From NCBI GenBank assembly GCA_030603275.1, contig JAUVYB010000001.1:125839-189838 (forward strand): a DNA stretch of 64,000 bases, read 5' to 3'. A program made the position numbers and the translations under genes. Under the pieces are notes generated by a model. It ran no database searches. It was given only the letters and a program-made list of their open reading frames with translations, and was not told the origin of the DNA. This DNA is from Deltaproteobacteria bacterium (GTDB taxonomy: Bacteria > Chloroflexota > Dehalococcoidia > Dehalococcoidales > BS750m-G39). Positions within the stretch are counted from its first letter, which is position 1; every line of letters starts with the position of its first letter. Below, in pieces: positions 42,351-52,661 of this stretch.

Positions 42351-43001
42351 ATGTATATTATTTTTCTGGGCCCCCCCGGGGCGGGTAAAGGAACTCAGGC
42401 AGGTGAACTGGCCCGGGAGTTAGGGTTAGAACATATCGCCACCGGCGACCTGTTCCGGCAGGCGCTGGAGCGGGGAACCGCCTTAGGCCTAAAGGCTAAA
42501 TCTTATATGGAAAAAGGGGTGCTGGTTCCCAGCCAGATAACCATAGGCATGGTTCTGGAGCGCCTCTCAGTACCGGACTGCACAAAAGGGGCAATCCTGG
42601 ACGGCTTCCCCCGCAATCTGGAGCAGGCGGAGGCCCTGGATAAAGCCTTGAGCCAACAGGGCAAGGCGATAGACAATGTGGTCTATATTAAGGTCTCCGA
42701 GGAGGAGTTACTAAAGAGATTAAGCGGACGCTGGATTTGCCGCCGGTGCCAGGCACCGTGCCACGCCACCGACTCTCCCCCCAGGGTCCGGGGGAAGTGT
42801 GATAAGTGCGGCGGCGAGCTCTACCAGCGCCCCGACGATAACGAAGTAAGCGTCAAGAAGCGGCTGGAGGTCTACTTCGCCGAAACGGCGCCGCTGATTG
42901 ACTATTATACACAGGGGAGTAAACTAATAGAGATAGACGGCGAGGGGGGCGTAGCCGAGGTGGCCAAGAAAATAAAGGCTGCCCTGCCGGGAGAGTGTTA
43001 A
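42351..43001 (+). CDS. adk: adenylate kinase
   Basis: GPPGAGKGT, LDGFPR, zinc lid CxxC...CxxC. Confidence 0.97.
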   Translation: MYIIFLGPPGAGKGTQAGELARELGLEHIATGDLFRQALERGTALGLKAKSYMEKGVLVPSQITIGMVLERLSVPDCTKGAILDGFPRNLEQAEALDKALSQQGKAIDNVVYIKVSEEELLKRLSGRWICRRCQAPCHATDSPPRVRGKCDKCGGELYQRPDDNEVSVKKRLEVYFAETAPLIDYYTQGSKLIEIDGEGGVAEVAKKIKAALPGEC

Positions 43002-43008
43002 AGCCTAA

Positions 43009-43773
43009 ATGGGCATAATTATCAAATCGGAGCGAGAAATCGCACTTATGCGCCAGGCGGGCAGGATTGTGGCCACGGTGCTGAATATTTTGATGAAACA
43101 GATAAAAGAGGGAATGAAAACTAAGGAACTAGATATGATTGCCGGCCGAGAGGTAGAGAGGCTGGGGGGGAAACCCTCGTTCAAGGGTTACCGGGGGTTT
43201 CCGGCCAATCTTTGCGTCTCGGTAAATAACGAGATAGTGCACGGCATTCCCGGGGAACGGAGCTTACGAGAAGGTGACATTGTTTCCCTTGACTTCGGGG
43301 CGTCTTTTAAAGGCTTTCAGGGCGATGCCGCGGTGACCGTAGGCATTGGGGAAATCAGCCCGGAGGCAAGAAAGCTGGTGGCGACCACGGAAGACGTGCT
43401 CAAAGCCGGCATTGCCGCCGCCCGCTCCGGAGCCAGACTGGGGGATATATCGGCCACCATACAGAACTATGCCGAAGCCAAAGGCTATTCGGTAGTGCGC
43501 GAGTATACCGGCCATGGCATCGGGCGGGAGCTGCATGAGGAGCCGCAGATACCCAACTTCGGACCGCCGGGAACGGGGCCGGTATTAAAGAAAGGCATGA
43601 CCATAGCCCTGGAGCCGATGGTCAATGCGGGCGACTGGCGCACCCGGGTCGGTGACAACCAGTGGACGGTGTTTACCGCCGACGGCAGCCTTTCCGCCCA
43701 CTTTGAGCACACCATCGCCATTACCAACGGGGAGGCGGAGATACTCACCAGCCGGGAAGGGGTTTATGCCTAA
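43009..43773 (+). CDS. map: methionine aminopeptidase type I
   Basis: [30 protein letters not shown]. Confidence 0.97.
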   Translation: MGIIIKSEREIALMRQAGRIVATVLNILMKQIKEGMKTKELDMIAGREVERLGGKPSFKGYRGFPANLCVSVNNEIVHGIPGERSLREGDIVSLDFGASFKGFQGDAAVTVGIGEISPEARKLVATTEDVLKAGIAAARSGARLGDISATIQNYAEAKGYSVVREYTGHGIGRELHEEPQIPNFGPPGTGPVLKKGMTIALEPMVNAGDWRTRVGDNQWTVFTADGSLSAHFEHTIAITNGEAEILTSREGVYA

Positions 43774-43984
43774 GAAGGAGGCGATTGAGGTCGAGGGCAC
43801 GGTAGTCGAACCGTTACCCAACGCCATGTTCCGTGTAGAGCTGGCTGACGGGCACAAGGTGCTGGCTCACATTTCTGGTAAAATAAGGTTACATTATATT
43901 AGAATCCTGCCCGGAGACAGAGTTCTCATAGAGCTCTCTCCCTACGACCTGAGCCGGGGAAGGATTACATATCGGTTTAAGTAG
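43766..43984 (+). CDS. infA: translation initiation factor IF-1
   Basis: [20 protein letters not shown]. Confidence 0.97.
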   Translation: MPKKEAIEVEGTVVEPLPNAMFRVELADGHKVLAHISGKIRLHYIRILPGDRVLIELSPYDLSRGRITYRFK

Positions 43985-43995
43985 CGGGGTTTATG

Positions 43996-44109
43996 ATGAA
44001 GGTAAAAGCTTCAGTTAAAGTAAGATGTGAAAAGTGTAAGATAGTGAAACGTCGCGGCGTGGTCAGAGTTATCTGTTCCAACCCGCGGCACAAGCAGCGG
44101 CAGGGATAG
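43996..44109 (+). CDS. rpmJ: 50S ribosomal protein L36
   Basis: [37 protein letters not shown] read directly; not in the ORF track. Confidence 0.96.
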   Translation: MKVKASVKVRCEKCKIVKRRGVVRVICSNPRHKQRQG

Positions 44110-44134
44110 CCGCGCTTTAAGCAGGAGGCTGTAG

Positions 44135-44524
44135 ATGGCACGTATTGCCGGAGTGGATATACCAAAAAACAAGCAGGTCTGGGTCTCACTACAGTATATC
44201 TATGGCATAGGAAATACCCTGAGCCATAAGATTCTGGCACAGGCCGAGGTTGACCCAAGTACCAAGGTAAGCGACCTAACCGAAGAAGAGGTCAACCGCT
44301 TACGCGAGATTATAGACAAAGGGCATAATGTTGAGGGCGAACTGAGGAAGGAAACTGACCTCAACATCAAGCGCCTCATTGAGATTGGCAGCTATCGGGG
44401 CAGCCGGCATCGCCACGGTCTGCCGGTCAGGGGACAGCGCACCCGAACCAATGCCCGCGCCAAGCGCGGCACCCGCAAAACAGTAGCCGGCAGGGGCCAG
44501 CGGCGCGGCATGACCAAGAAGTAA
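44135..44524 (+). CDS. rpsM: 30S ribosomal protein S13
   Basis: [23 protein letters not shown]. Confidence 0.98.
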   Translation: MARIAGVDIPKNKQVWVSLQYIYGIGNTLSHKILAQAEVDPSTKVSDLTEEEVNRLREIIDKGHNVEGELRKETDLNIKRLIEIGSYRGSRHRHGLPVRGQRTRTNARAKRGTRKTVAGRGQRRGMTKK

Positions 44525-44549
44525 CCGGGGGTAGTTAAACGGAGGTAGA

Positions 44550-44942
44550 ATGGCACAGAAGAAGCGTACTAAAACCAGAAGGCGGGAACGGAAATCAATT
44601 CCGGTAGGCAAAGCCTACATCCAGTCCACCTTCAATAATATTATCGTAACCCTCACCGACCCGCAGGGCAATGTCCTTGCCTGGGGAAGCTCAGGCACCG
44701 CCGGGTTCAAGGGCTCACGTAAAGGCACGCCCTACGCGGCACAGCTGGCCGCACGCGATGCCGCCAGAAAAGCCATGGAGCACGGCCTGCGCCAGGTAGA
44801 GGTTTTTGTCAAGGGACCGGGCAGCGGGCGTGAAGCGGCTATCCGTTCCCTGCAAGCTTCAGGTCTGGCCATTACCAGCATCAGGGACGTAACGCCAATT
44901 CCGCATAACGGTTGTCGTCCGCGCAAGAGGAGGCGGGTGTAA
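44550..44942 (+). CDS. rpsK: 30S ribosomal protein S11
   Basis: [19 protein letters not shown]. Confidence 0.98.
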   Translation: MAQKKRTKTRRRERKSIPVGKAYIQSTFNNIIVTLTDPQGNVLAWGSSGTAGFKGSRKGTPYAAQLAARDAARKAMEHGLRQVEVFVKGPGSGREAAIRSLQASGLAITSIRDVTPIPHNGCRPRKRRRV

Positions 44943-44946
44943 AACC

Positions 44947-45576
44947 ATGGCAAGATACACAGCAGCCGTTTGTCGGTTATGCCGCCGTAGTGGCGATAAA
45001 TTAATGCTTAAAGGGAGCCGGTGCTTCAGCCCCAAGTGCGCCATGGAGCGGCGGCCGAAGCCGCCGGGGCAACAGCCCATGCGCCGGCGACGACGGCTTT
45101 CCGACCGCGGCATACAGCTGCGGGAAAAGCAGAAGGCCCGCTACAGCTACGGCATTCTTGAAAAACAATTCCGCCGGTTCTTTGCCAAGGCCGAAAGACA
45201 GTCCGGCATCACCGGGGAAAACCTGCTGGTCCTGCTGGAGAGGCGGCTGGACAACGTCGTCTACCGTCTGGGCTTTGCCGACTCCCGCGCCCAGGCCCGC
45301 CAGCTGGTAATGCACGGGCATATTATGCTCAACGGGCACAAAACAGATATACCCTCCGCCCTGGTCAAGGAGGACGATACCATCAGCTGGAAAGAGCGCA
45401 GCAGCAACACCGAATATTATAAGCAACTGGTTCCCAGCATCGAAAGCAAGGTTATTCCCGGCTGGTTGAGCCTGGACATGGAAAAACTAATCGGCCGGGT
45501 GGCGTCTCTGCCCACCCCCGACGACATTGAGATAAAAGTCGAGTGGCAGAGCATAATCGAATACTACTCCAGGTAG
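44947..45576 (+). CDS. rpsD: 30S ribosomal protein S4
   Basis: [18 protein letters not shown]. Confidence 0.98.
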   Translation: MARYTAAVCRLCRRSGDKLMLKGSRCFSPKCAMERRPKPPGQQPMRRRRRLSDRGIQLREKQKARYSYGILEKQFRRFFAKAERQSGITGENLLVLLERRLDNVVYRLGFADSRAQARQLVMHGHIMLNGHKTDIPSALVKEDDTISWKERSSNTEYYKQLVPSIESKVIPGWLSLDMEKLIGRVASLPTPDDIEIKVEWQSIIEYYSR

Positions 45577-45592
45577 GTCAAGGAGGCAGGTT

Positions 45593-46570
45593 TTGTCTGG
45601 TCTAACCATAGCAAATATCGAGTGTCTGGAAACTGAAGAGAACTTCGGCCGCTTTCGTGCCGAGCCTCTGGAGAAGGGCTTCGGGGTAACCCTGGGCAAC
45701 GCCCTACGGCGGGTGCTCCTCGGCTATCTCCCCGGGGCGGCCGTGACGCGGGTCAGAATTGAGGGGACTCAACACGAATTTTCCACCATCCCCCTTATCA
45801 AGGAAGATGTCACCGAGTTTCTGCTCAATGTCAAGACGTTACGCTTAAAATCCCTCTCCGGCCAAGCGGGCAAGCTGATACTGGCCGTGGAGGGGGAGGG
45901 GCGAGTTACCGCCGCCGACATTGAGCCCTCTACCGACTTTGAAATCGCCAACCCCGAGCTCTATCTGGCGACACTGGACTCGCCGGAAGCCAAGCTCTAT
46001 GCCGAATTTGACGTGGAACTGGGTGAGGGCTATCAGGAAGCCGAATCCAGCGACGAACTGCTCATCGGCACCATTCCCATAGACGCCATCTTCACCCCCG
46101 TACGCAAGGTCAATTTCATCGTTGAGCCGACCCATATCGGCGAGGAGACGGGCCAGGAGCGGCTGGAGCTGGAGGTATGGACGGACGGCACCCTATCACC
46201 GGTGGACGCCATCAGCCAGAGCGCCAGCATTCTCTCGGAGCAGCTGGCTCCCTTTATTGACTACTCCCGCGTCTCCCGCCTGGAGGTGGAGAAGGAGTTC
46301 TTCCGCGCCTCCATCCCTGATGAAACCTATAATATGCTGGTGGAACAGCTGGACCTGTCGGTGCGCACCATGAACTGTCTGCGCCGCGGCGGCATCACCA
46401 CCGTTGGGGAACTGATAAGCAAAGGTGAAAGGGAACTGCTCGCACTGCACAATTTCGGGCAAAAGTCCAAGCTGGAGGTAGAGGAACGGCTGGAGTCACT
46501 GGGGTTATCGATTACCCCCAAGGCAGAGGAGGAAGCCGGTGAGAGCGACGAAGGGGAGGAAGCGGCATGA
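45593..46570 (+). CDS. rpoA: RNA polymerase alpha subunit
   Basis: [32 protein letters not shown]. Confidence 0.98.
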   Translation: MSGLTIANIECLETEENFGRFRAEPLEKGFGVTLGNALRRVLLGYLPGAAVTRVRIEGTQHEFSTIPLIKEDVTEFLLNVKTLRLKSLSGQAGKLILAVEGEGRVTAADIEPSTDFEIANPELYLATLDSPEAKLYAEFDVELGEGYQEAESSDELLIGTIPIDAIFTPVRKVNFIVEPTHIGEETGQERLELEVWTDGTLSPVDAISQSASILSEQLAPFIDYSRVSRLEVEKEFFRASIPDETYNMLVEQLDLSVRTMNCLRRGGITTVGELISKGERELLALHNFGQKSKLEVEERLESLGLSITPKAEEEAGESDEGEEAA

Positions 46571-46920
46571 GACACAAGATAGCCGGTAGAAGGCTGGGGC
46601 GGTCATCATCCCACCGCAAAGCACTGTTTCGCAACCTGGTCACCGACCTGCTCAACCACGAGAAGATTACCTCCACCGAAGCCAAGGCCAAGGAAATACG
46701 CAGCCTGGCGGAGAAGATGATTACCCTGGGCAAGAAGGGCGGGCTCACCTCCCGCCGTCTGGCGCTTGCCTTTATTTTAGATGAAAAGATAGCGGCCAAG
46801 GTATTTGACGAGCTGGCTCCCCGCTACGCTGAGCGCCCCGGCGGTTATACCCGCCTCATCAAGCTGGGCCCCAGGCTGGGCGACGGGGCACCCATGGCCA
46901 GAATTGAACTGGTGGAATAA
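46567..46920 (+). CDS. rplQ: 50S ribosomal protein L17
   Basis: MRHK...RPGGYTR. Confidence 0.98.
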   Translation: MRHKIAGRRLGRSSSHRKALFRNLVTDLLNHEKITSTEAKAKEIRSLAEKMITLGKKGGLTSRRLALAFILDEKIAAKVFDELAPRYAERPGGYTRLIKLGPRLGDGAPMARIELVE

Positions 46921-46933
46921 CGGAGGCGGCAGT

Positions 46934-47707
46934 TTGGTAAACGGTACTCAGATTTTACTCATTATAGAATACGACGGCACCGGCTACCACGGTTTCCAGT
47001 GGCAGAACGGGCTTCCCTCCATTCAAAAGGAGGTGGAGAAAGCCATCAGTAAGCTTACCGGAGAGAGGCGGCGGGTGATATCCGCCAGCCGCACCGACGC
47101 CGGAGTCCACGCCAAAGGTCAGGTGGTCGGCTTCAGAACAAGGTCAGAGCTCCCCACACGCAACTTTGTTAACGGGCTAAATCACTACCTGCCCAGGGAT
47201 ATTGCTGTAAAGGCAGCTTATAGAGTAAACGATGCCTTCCGTATCCGGCGTGACGCCGTCAGCCGCGAATACAGCTACAACATATTAAACAGCCCCACCC
47301 GCTCCCCGATAAGGGAAGGCCGGGTCTACCAGGTGGCTAATCCGCTCGACATCGAGGTGATGAACCGGGCTGCTCAGACCCTTATCGGCGAGCATGACTT
47401 CGCCTCATTCGTTAACGGCGACGGCAGCTGGCTTGAGAGCACGGTAAGGAATATATCCAGAGCCGAAGTGGAAAGAGACGGGGAACTGGTCACCTTCCAC
47501 ATAACGGCTAACTCCTTCCTGCCCCACCAGGTACGCACTACGGTAGGGGTGCTAATAAGGGTTGGGCAGGGCAAGATGAAACTTGACCAATTTAATAGTA
47601 TAATTGAAGCAAGGCTGCCGGGAACGGCGGGGCCTACTGCCCCTGCCTGCGGGCTGTGTCTTGACCGGGTAAACTATTCTGTTCCCCTAGAGGAAGAGGC
47701 ATCATGA
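46934..47707 (+). CDS. truA: tRNA pseudouridine(38-40) synthase
   Basis: EYDGT, SRTDAGVHA, HDFASF; TTG start after GGAGG. Confidence 0.95.
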   Translation: MVNGTQILLIIEYDGTGYHGFQWQNGLPSIQKEVEKAISKLTGERRRVISASRTDAGVHAKGQVVGFRTRSELPTRNFVNGLNHYLPRDIAVKAAYRVNDAFRIRRDAVSREYSYNILNSPTRSPIREGRVYQVANPLDIEVMNRAAQTLIGEHDFASFVNGDGSWLESTVRNISRAEVERDGELVTFHITANSFLPHQVRTTVGVLIRVGQGKMKLDQFNSIIEARLPGTAGPTAPACGLCLDRVNYSVPLEEEAS

Positions 47708-48135
47708 AAACCTATAGCACCAAGGCTTCCGATATCCAGCGCCAGTGGCATGTCCTAGATGCTTCGGGCAAGATTCTGGGCAAACTGGCCACTCAGGCGG
47801 CAATCTTGCTCCTGGGCAAGCACAAGCCTATATTCACTCCCAATCTGGATACCGGTGACTTTGTGGTCATCATCAACGCCGAAAAGATCCGTTTCAGCGG
47901 CGGCAAAGAAGAAAAGAAGCTGTATTACCGGCACTCCGGTTACCCTGGAGGGCTAAAAAGTGTAAGCCTGGAAGAAATGATGCAGGCCGACCCCACCCGG
48001 GTGATTCAAAAAGCCGTCAAGGGGATGATGCCCACCAACCGCCTGCGGGCGGTCAGGATGAAAAAGCTCAAGGTCTATGTCGGTGAGGCTCATCCTCACC
48101 TGGCTCAGACCGGGACTAGCAAAAAGGAAGACTAA
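47704..48135 (+). CDS. rplM: 50S ribosomal protein L13
   Basis: GKHKP, DTGDFV, HSGYPGGLK. Confidence 0.98.
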   Translation: MKTYSTKASDIQRQWHVLDASGKILGKLATQAAILLLGKHKPIFTPNLDTGDFVVIINAEKIRFSGGKEEKKLYYRHSGYPGGLKSVSLEEMMQADPTRVIQKAVKGMMPTNRLRAVRMKKLKVYVGEAHPHLAQTGTSKKED

Positions 48136-48540
48136 GTGGCTAAAACAGATAAGAAAAGCTATTTTTACGGCACAGGCAGACGCAAGACTTCTACAGCCAG
48201 GGTAAGACTGATGCCGGGCACCGGTGAAATCATCGTCAACGGTATCCCCTACGAGGAGAGATTTCCCCGCCCCGCCCACCGCCGGGCAATAACCAACCCC
48301 CTCCTGGTCACAGAAAACCTGGGTAAGTACAACACCGTGGTCAAGGTAGAGGGGGGCGGTATAACCGGCCAGAGCGGCGCCATCAGTCATGGCATTGCCC
48401 GGGCCCTGGTAAAAGCTGACGAAAACCTCAAGCCGGTACTGCGCCAGAACGGCCTGCTCACCAGGGACCCCCGGGTCAAAGAGAGAAAGAAGCCCGGGCT
48501 CAAACGGGCGCGCAAGGCACCTCAGTACACCAAGAGGTAA
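48136..48540 (+). CDS. rpsI: 30S ribosomal protein S9
   Basis: GTGRRK, GGGITGQ, KAPQYTKR. Confidence 0.98.
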   Translation: MAKTDKKSYFYGTGRRKTSTARVRLMPGTGEIIVNGIPYEERFPRPAHRRAITNPLLVTENLGKYNTVVKVEGGGITGQSGAISHGIARALVKADENLKPVLRQNGLLTRDPRVKERKKPGLKRARKAPQYTKR

Positions 48541-48562
48541 TATTGCCCCCGACCGTACTCCC

Positions 48563-48592
48563 TTGACGCCTCATTATTTAAGCAGGTATAAT
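48563..48592 (+). promoter_or_regulatory. promoter of the tRNA cluster
   Basis: TTGACG-18 nt-TATAAT. Confidence 0.6.
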
Positions 48593-48612
48593 CCCCTTGC
48601 ATCATTCTATAT

Positions 48613-48698
48613 GCCGAAGTGGCGGAATGGCAGACGCGCTACGTTCAGGGCGTAGTGTCCGTATGGGCGTGAGAGTTCAAATCTCTCCTTCGGCACCA
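48613..48698 (+). tRNA. tRNA-Leu(CAG)
   Basis: CTACG-TTCAGGG-CGTAG anticodon arm, long variable arm, CCA. Confidence 0.97.
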
Positions 48699-48709
48699 CT
48701 TTTATTCTA

Positions 48710-48786
48710 GCGCTTGTAGCTCAGTTGGATAGAGCGCAGCCCTGCGGAGGCTGAGGCCGTGGGTTCGAGCCCCGCCAAGCGCGCCA
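48710..48786 (+). tRNA. tRNA-Arg(GCG)
   Basis: GCGCTTG/CAAGCGC acceptor stem; CAGCC-CTGCGGA-GGCTG; A20 in the D-loop; CCA. Confidence 0.95.
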
Positions 48787-48831
48787 TATTTAGTGGGCAC
48801 CCGAGAAGCCATCGGCTTTTTAGGTATACAG

Positions 48832-48908
48832 GGGCGGTTAGCTCAGTTGGTTAGAGCACCTGCTTTACACGCAGGGGGTCAGAGGTTCGAGTCCTCTACC
48901 GCCCACCA
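48832..48908 (+). tRNA. tRNA-Val(TAC)
   Basis: CCTGC-TTTACAC-GCAGG; CCA. Confidence 0.97.
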
Positions 48909-49018
48909 CCACGCCTAGAAGGTCTTTCAAGACCTCCTGATTGTTGTAAAACACTAGGGTGGTTGAGTATGATTAGACTACCTGATTGTATAAAGTGGGC
49001 GGGTCCGCAAGATGCAAA

Positions 49019-49410
49019 ATGGTTGTATCCATAAGGTCACAAGCACCCGTAAGCACGTCTGTTAAGTCCCTCGTCAAAGGGGTTTTATAGATTTTGATGC
49101 GGTTTTGCCAGAAGGTTGCACAGTTGAACTTTGGACTAGAACTGCTGACCAGCCTGGAGAAGAAAAGGGTTCGTCCTCACTCAGCGTACCGACTGTAAAA
49201 GCCCCCGGACAGTTGAGTATTACGAAAGCAATCTCAGGCGCTTTCTGTGGTATGCCGAACAATAAGAATGGTCTGACGATGTCCGGCTGATTACAGAATG
49301 GCATATCAGGGAATTCCTGGCCTATACCGGAGGAGCAGGCAACAGGTGGGGGCTTGCGGGTAACGGCTCAGAGTCCAGCAGGCCGAAAGCCACCTACTGC
49401 ACAATCCAAG
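49019..49410 (+). pseudogene. tyrosine integrase N-terminal remnant
   Basis: MVVSIRSQAPVSTSVKSLVKG [88-bp insert] FVLTQRTDCKSPRTVEYYESNLRRFLWYAEQ*EWSDDVRLITEWHIREFLAY; SAM-like integrase N-domain pattern; TAA at 49263; truncated; directly after tRNA-Val. Confidence 0.75.
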
Positions 49411-49415
49411 CCATC

Positions 49416-49458
49416 GTTGCACAATTGCCTCTTTTGTGACATAAGCAACAAACAAGCT
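49416..49458 (+). repeat. 44-bp direct repeat, copy 1
   Basis: Matches 55961-56004 with 2 mismatches and 1 indel. Confidence 0.85.
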
Positions 49459-49484
49459 TTAGTTTAGCGTAGCGGCTCCCAACT

Positions 49485-49523
49485 CTCATAAGCCTTTGGT
49501 CGCAGGTTCAAATCCCTCCGCTG
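49485..49523 (+). other. 3'-half remnant of a CAT-anticodon tRNA (att scar)
   Basis: CTCATAA anticodon loop, GGTC variable loop, GGTTCAAATCC T-loop; no 5' half and no CCA. Confidence 0.55.
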
Positions 49524-49554
49524 ATATTAAATTGACTATTTATTATTTTAAAAC

Positions 49555-50856
49555 CTATCTTAAAAGGTTCGGTAAAAATGTCGCAATTTGAGGAAAGGCA
49601 ACTACCAAGCCAACACAAAGTAACACTGGCAGGATGAACCAGATCGCCACCTTGAATACCGCACCGCTAGAAGCCCCTGGAACCATGCCGCTAACAACAT
49701 ATACTACAAATCCCACCGGTGGTGTAATGCCGCTCACGATTACTACGAGCATGAGGACGACCCCGAACCATACCAGATCGAAACCTGCCGCCATCCATAG
49801 AGGGAGAAGGAGTGGTATCGTGATTATCATCAGTATCGCAGCCTCGAAAATCATACCACCCAAGAAGAAGAACACCAGAACGAAGAGCAGAATAAACCCG
49901 GGAGACCACCCACCCATAAATGTTACCATTTCCGTGGGAATCCTCGTCAGCGACAGGAACGGCGCAAAACTCCAAGCACCGATTATGAGTAAAAAAATCA
50001 TGCCTACTGTTTGTACCGAACTAAGGGCGGCACGGCGGAACTTTTGCCAATTAAGCTGCCCTTTTATGAGGCCTACAACAAGAGCGGCGAAAGCTCCGAG
50101 CGCTCCAGCTTCAGTAACGGTGATAAACCCGCTATAAATACCCCCGAAGACGATAATAACTAAGAGCAATACTCCCCATACGTACCTAAGCGACAAGAAC
50201 CTTTCGGCCCAGGTTGCCTTAGGCGCCGCAGGACCCTTTTCTGGAGTAATTCGGCAAATAATATAGATGACAACCATGTACAGGAAAGCACAAATTATGC
50301 CGGGGAAGACCCCGCCTAGAAAAAGTGCGCTAATATTTACATTTGCCAATAAGCCGTAGATAATAAAGCCAAGGCTGGGAGGAATCAGAAAGCTTAAGAT
50401 TCCACCAGCACAAATAGTGGCCAAGGATAAGTTATCATCGTATTGATATTTCCTCATCTCTGGTAAACAGACTGAAGTCATGGTAGCCGCTCCGGCGATA
50501 TTGTCACCGCAGACAGCGCTAAAACCAGCTGCTGTCGCCGTTGTAGTCATGGCCAGCCCGCCACGAAAACCCCCCCACCATTTGGACGCAGCTCTGAAAA
50601 GGTCTGAACCCAGCCCTCCTTCATAGGCAAGCTGACCCATAAATACAAAGAGGGGGATGAGGCTCCACAGATGAGTCATGGAGGTATCATAAGTGGCTCT
50701 GGCAATAATATGAAGAGCTTGAGATAAGTCTCTTAAGCACCAGATGCCCCCAAAGCTAACCAGCAGCAGGGCTATGCCGGCAGGCATCTCCAGAAACAGC
50801 AACAGGAGAAGCACACCAAAGCCAATGATACCTATAATGAGCGGGCTCACTTCCAT
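49555..50856 (-). CDS. TRAP transporter large permease (DctM)
   Basis: IPLFVFMG, GILSFLIPPS, GITPPVG; many TM segments. Confidence 0.93.
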   Translation of the reverse strand: MEVSPLIIGIIGFGVLLLLLFLEMPAGIALLLVSFGGIWCLRDLSQALHIIARATYDTSMTHLWSLIPLFVFMGQLAYEGGLGSDLFRAASKWWGGFRGGLAMTTTATAAGFSAVCGDNIAGAATMTSVCLPEMRKYQYDDNLSLATICAGGILSFLIPPSLGFIIYGLLANVNISALFLGGVFPGIICAFLYMVVIYIICRITPEKGPAAPKATWAERFLSLRYVWGVLLLVIIVFGGIYSGFITVTEAGALGAFAALVVGLIKGQLNWQKFRRAALSSVQTVGMIFLLIIGAWSFAPFLSLTRIPTEMVTFMGGWSPGFILLFVLVFFFLGGMIFEAAILMIITIPLLLPLWMAAGFDLVWFGVVLMLVVIVSGITPPVGFVVYVVSGMVPGASSGAVFKVAIWFILPVLLCVGLVVAFPQIATFLPNLLR

Positions 50857-50949
50857 TATCAACCGCCTGCACTAATTAATTAAGCACTATTCTAATCAGC
50901 TAACGTACTCTATATCAGGTAAACCGCACCTTTTAGCCGCCACTAAGAC

Positions 50950-51474
50950 CTAGCCATTCCCCTCTATCGCTTTTACCAGAAAGTTTATGAACTGAACTAA
51001 AAAGGCCCAGCCCACTACTATCAAACAAAGGGCTCCAAACAGTCCAAATGGGTAAACCGGCAAAAAGGTAAACTGTGTACCCGTGAGATGGGTAGCCTTT
51101 AACTTCAGCGAAAGAACCACCAGCTGCGAAGCCAGCAGCCAACTCAGCAATCCAGACACGAGGTACATTATGGTAACCATATACAGGCGGACCCTTGGTG
51201 GAAAATGCGACGTCGCGGCATCTACCGCAAAATGTCCTCTCTTAATCGTACAGTAGGATAATGAGGAGAAGAATACCACGGACAACAGAAGTGTCACACT
51301 TTCATAGGAGCCGTAGATGGGGAGGGAAAAGAACCGCCGCCCGGTGGCATCGGCGACAGTAATCATTATCATCGCAATTAACCCTGCCGCACTGACTGCC
51401 CCCAGCGCGCTAAAGAGAAAAGAGGTGCGCTCCTCTAAAATGCGGGCGGCGGTTCTTATAGTAGCTAACCCCAT
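50950..51474 (-). CDS. TRAP transporter small permease (DctQ)
   Basis: Four TM segments, VADATGR, GHFAVD. Confidence 0.9.
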   Translation of the reverse strand: MGLATIRTAARILEERTSFLFSALGAVSAAGLIAMIMITVADATGRRFFSLPIYGSYESVTLLLSVVFFSSLSYCTIKRGHFAVDAATSHFPPRVRLYMVTIMYLVSGLLSWLLASQLVVLSLKLKATHLTGTQFTFLPVYPFGLFGALCLIVVGWAFLVQFINFLVKAIEGNG

Positions 51475-51483
51475 AACTCTAGC

Positions 51484-52611
51484 TTAAAAACCCCAGCTGG
51501 AATATAACTCCACTAGCTCATGAGCTCTGGCGAACATATCCCTGGCCGGCAGCCCTTGAGCCTCCAGGTCAGCTAATGCCGCATCAATAAGAGGGTCTAT
51601 AGTCTGGAAAAACTTGGCTCGCTCCTCCGGAGGAAGAACGTAGACAGGGGGAGCATCCTCCAGCGCGTTGAGATAGGCCACGCATGACGCAACATTATAG
51701 TCAAAACGCTTACCATGACATATTGACCCAAGTATACCGGTGTTTTGATCAACTACTGCCTTGATATCAGGAGGCAGGCTATTATACTTGTCCAGGTTCA
51801 TAACCACTACCATGCAGGAGTTGGCGTTGCCGGGAATCTCTGTGATATAAGGCGCCACTTGGTACAGCTGGAAAGCCACCAGCCCGTTGGTATCCTGACA
51901 AACCGCATCTACAGTGCCCCTTTCCAGAGCCAGGTAGAATTCTGTTGCCGGCATAGCTACGGAAACAGCTCCCAGTGCTTCTAAAAATGAGCCCTCCGGC
52001 TCTCCCATATTAGCCACCATCAGACCCTTCAAGTCCTCTAATGTACTAATCTGTTTTGTCCTGCAAGCTATACTGTGAGGCGCGTTCGTCCCGAACCATA
52101 GAACCTTCACATCCGCCCACTCAGGAGCAAGATAACCTTCCTCAAGCAGCGCCTGGCGAACCATTGAGCCTTGAATCGAATTGGCGAAAAAACCAGGGAC
52201 CCGCAGGGCAGCCGTCATCGGGAACTGACCAGAGAACGCACATACGTTTATCATGCCAATATCACAAATTCCCATCTTAACAGCTTCCCACATGTCACCC
52301 ATTTTTACCAAAGTCTCCGATGGGTAACGCTCAAACTGCACCCCACCCTGGGTTTTTCGCTCTACGGTATCCATCCATTGGTTTAAGGTGAAATCAAATG
52401 CCTCCAAATATATCGGGGGGGGCATCTGTGCCGGAGTCCAGTTAGCCTCTATTAGCTCTACAGGCCCCTCCGGCGCTGGCTCTGTTGGCTCTGTTGGCGC
52501 GGTTGGTTGCGTTGGCGTTGTTGGTTCTTCTGGCGTTGCCGGACAACCGATGGCAACCAGGCTGATGGCTAACAGTAGTGCCAGCGGGATTAACAATATT
52601 TTCCTTTTCAT
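51484..52611 (-). CDS. TRAP substrate-binding lipoprotein (DctP)
   Basis: Lipobox VAIGC, P/T linker, TLEDLKGL, EFYLALERGTVDA. Confidence 0.92.
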   Translation of the reverse strand: MKRKILLIPLALLLAISLVAIGCPATPEEPTTPTQPTAPTEPTEPAPEGPVELIEANWTPAQMPPPIYLEAFDFTLNQWMDTVERKTQGGVQFERYPSETLVKMGDMWEAVKMGICDIGMINVCAFSGQFPMTAALRVPGFFANSIQGSMVRQALLEEGYLAPEWADVKVLWFGTNAPHSIACRTKQISTLEDLKGLMVANMGEPEGSFLEALGAVSVAMPATEFYLALERGTVDAVCQDTNGLVAFQLYQVAPYITEIPGNANSCMVVVMNLDKYNSLPPDIKAVVDQNTGILGSICHGKRFDYNVASCVAYLNALEDAPPVYVLPPEERAKFFQTIDPLIDAALADLEAQGLPARDMFARAHELVELYSSWGF

Positions 52612-52661
52612 TTTTTTACCTCCTTATGGTATTTCTGCTTTCCTCACAAAGCCCCGTATTG

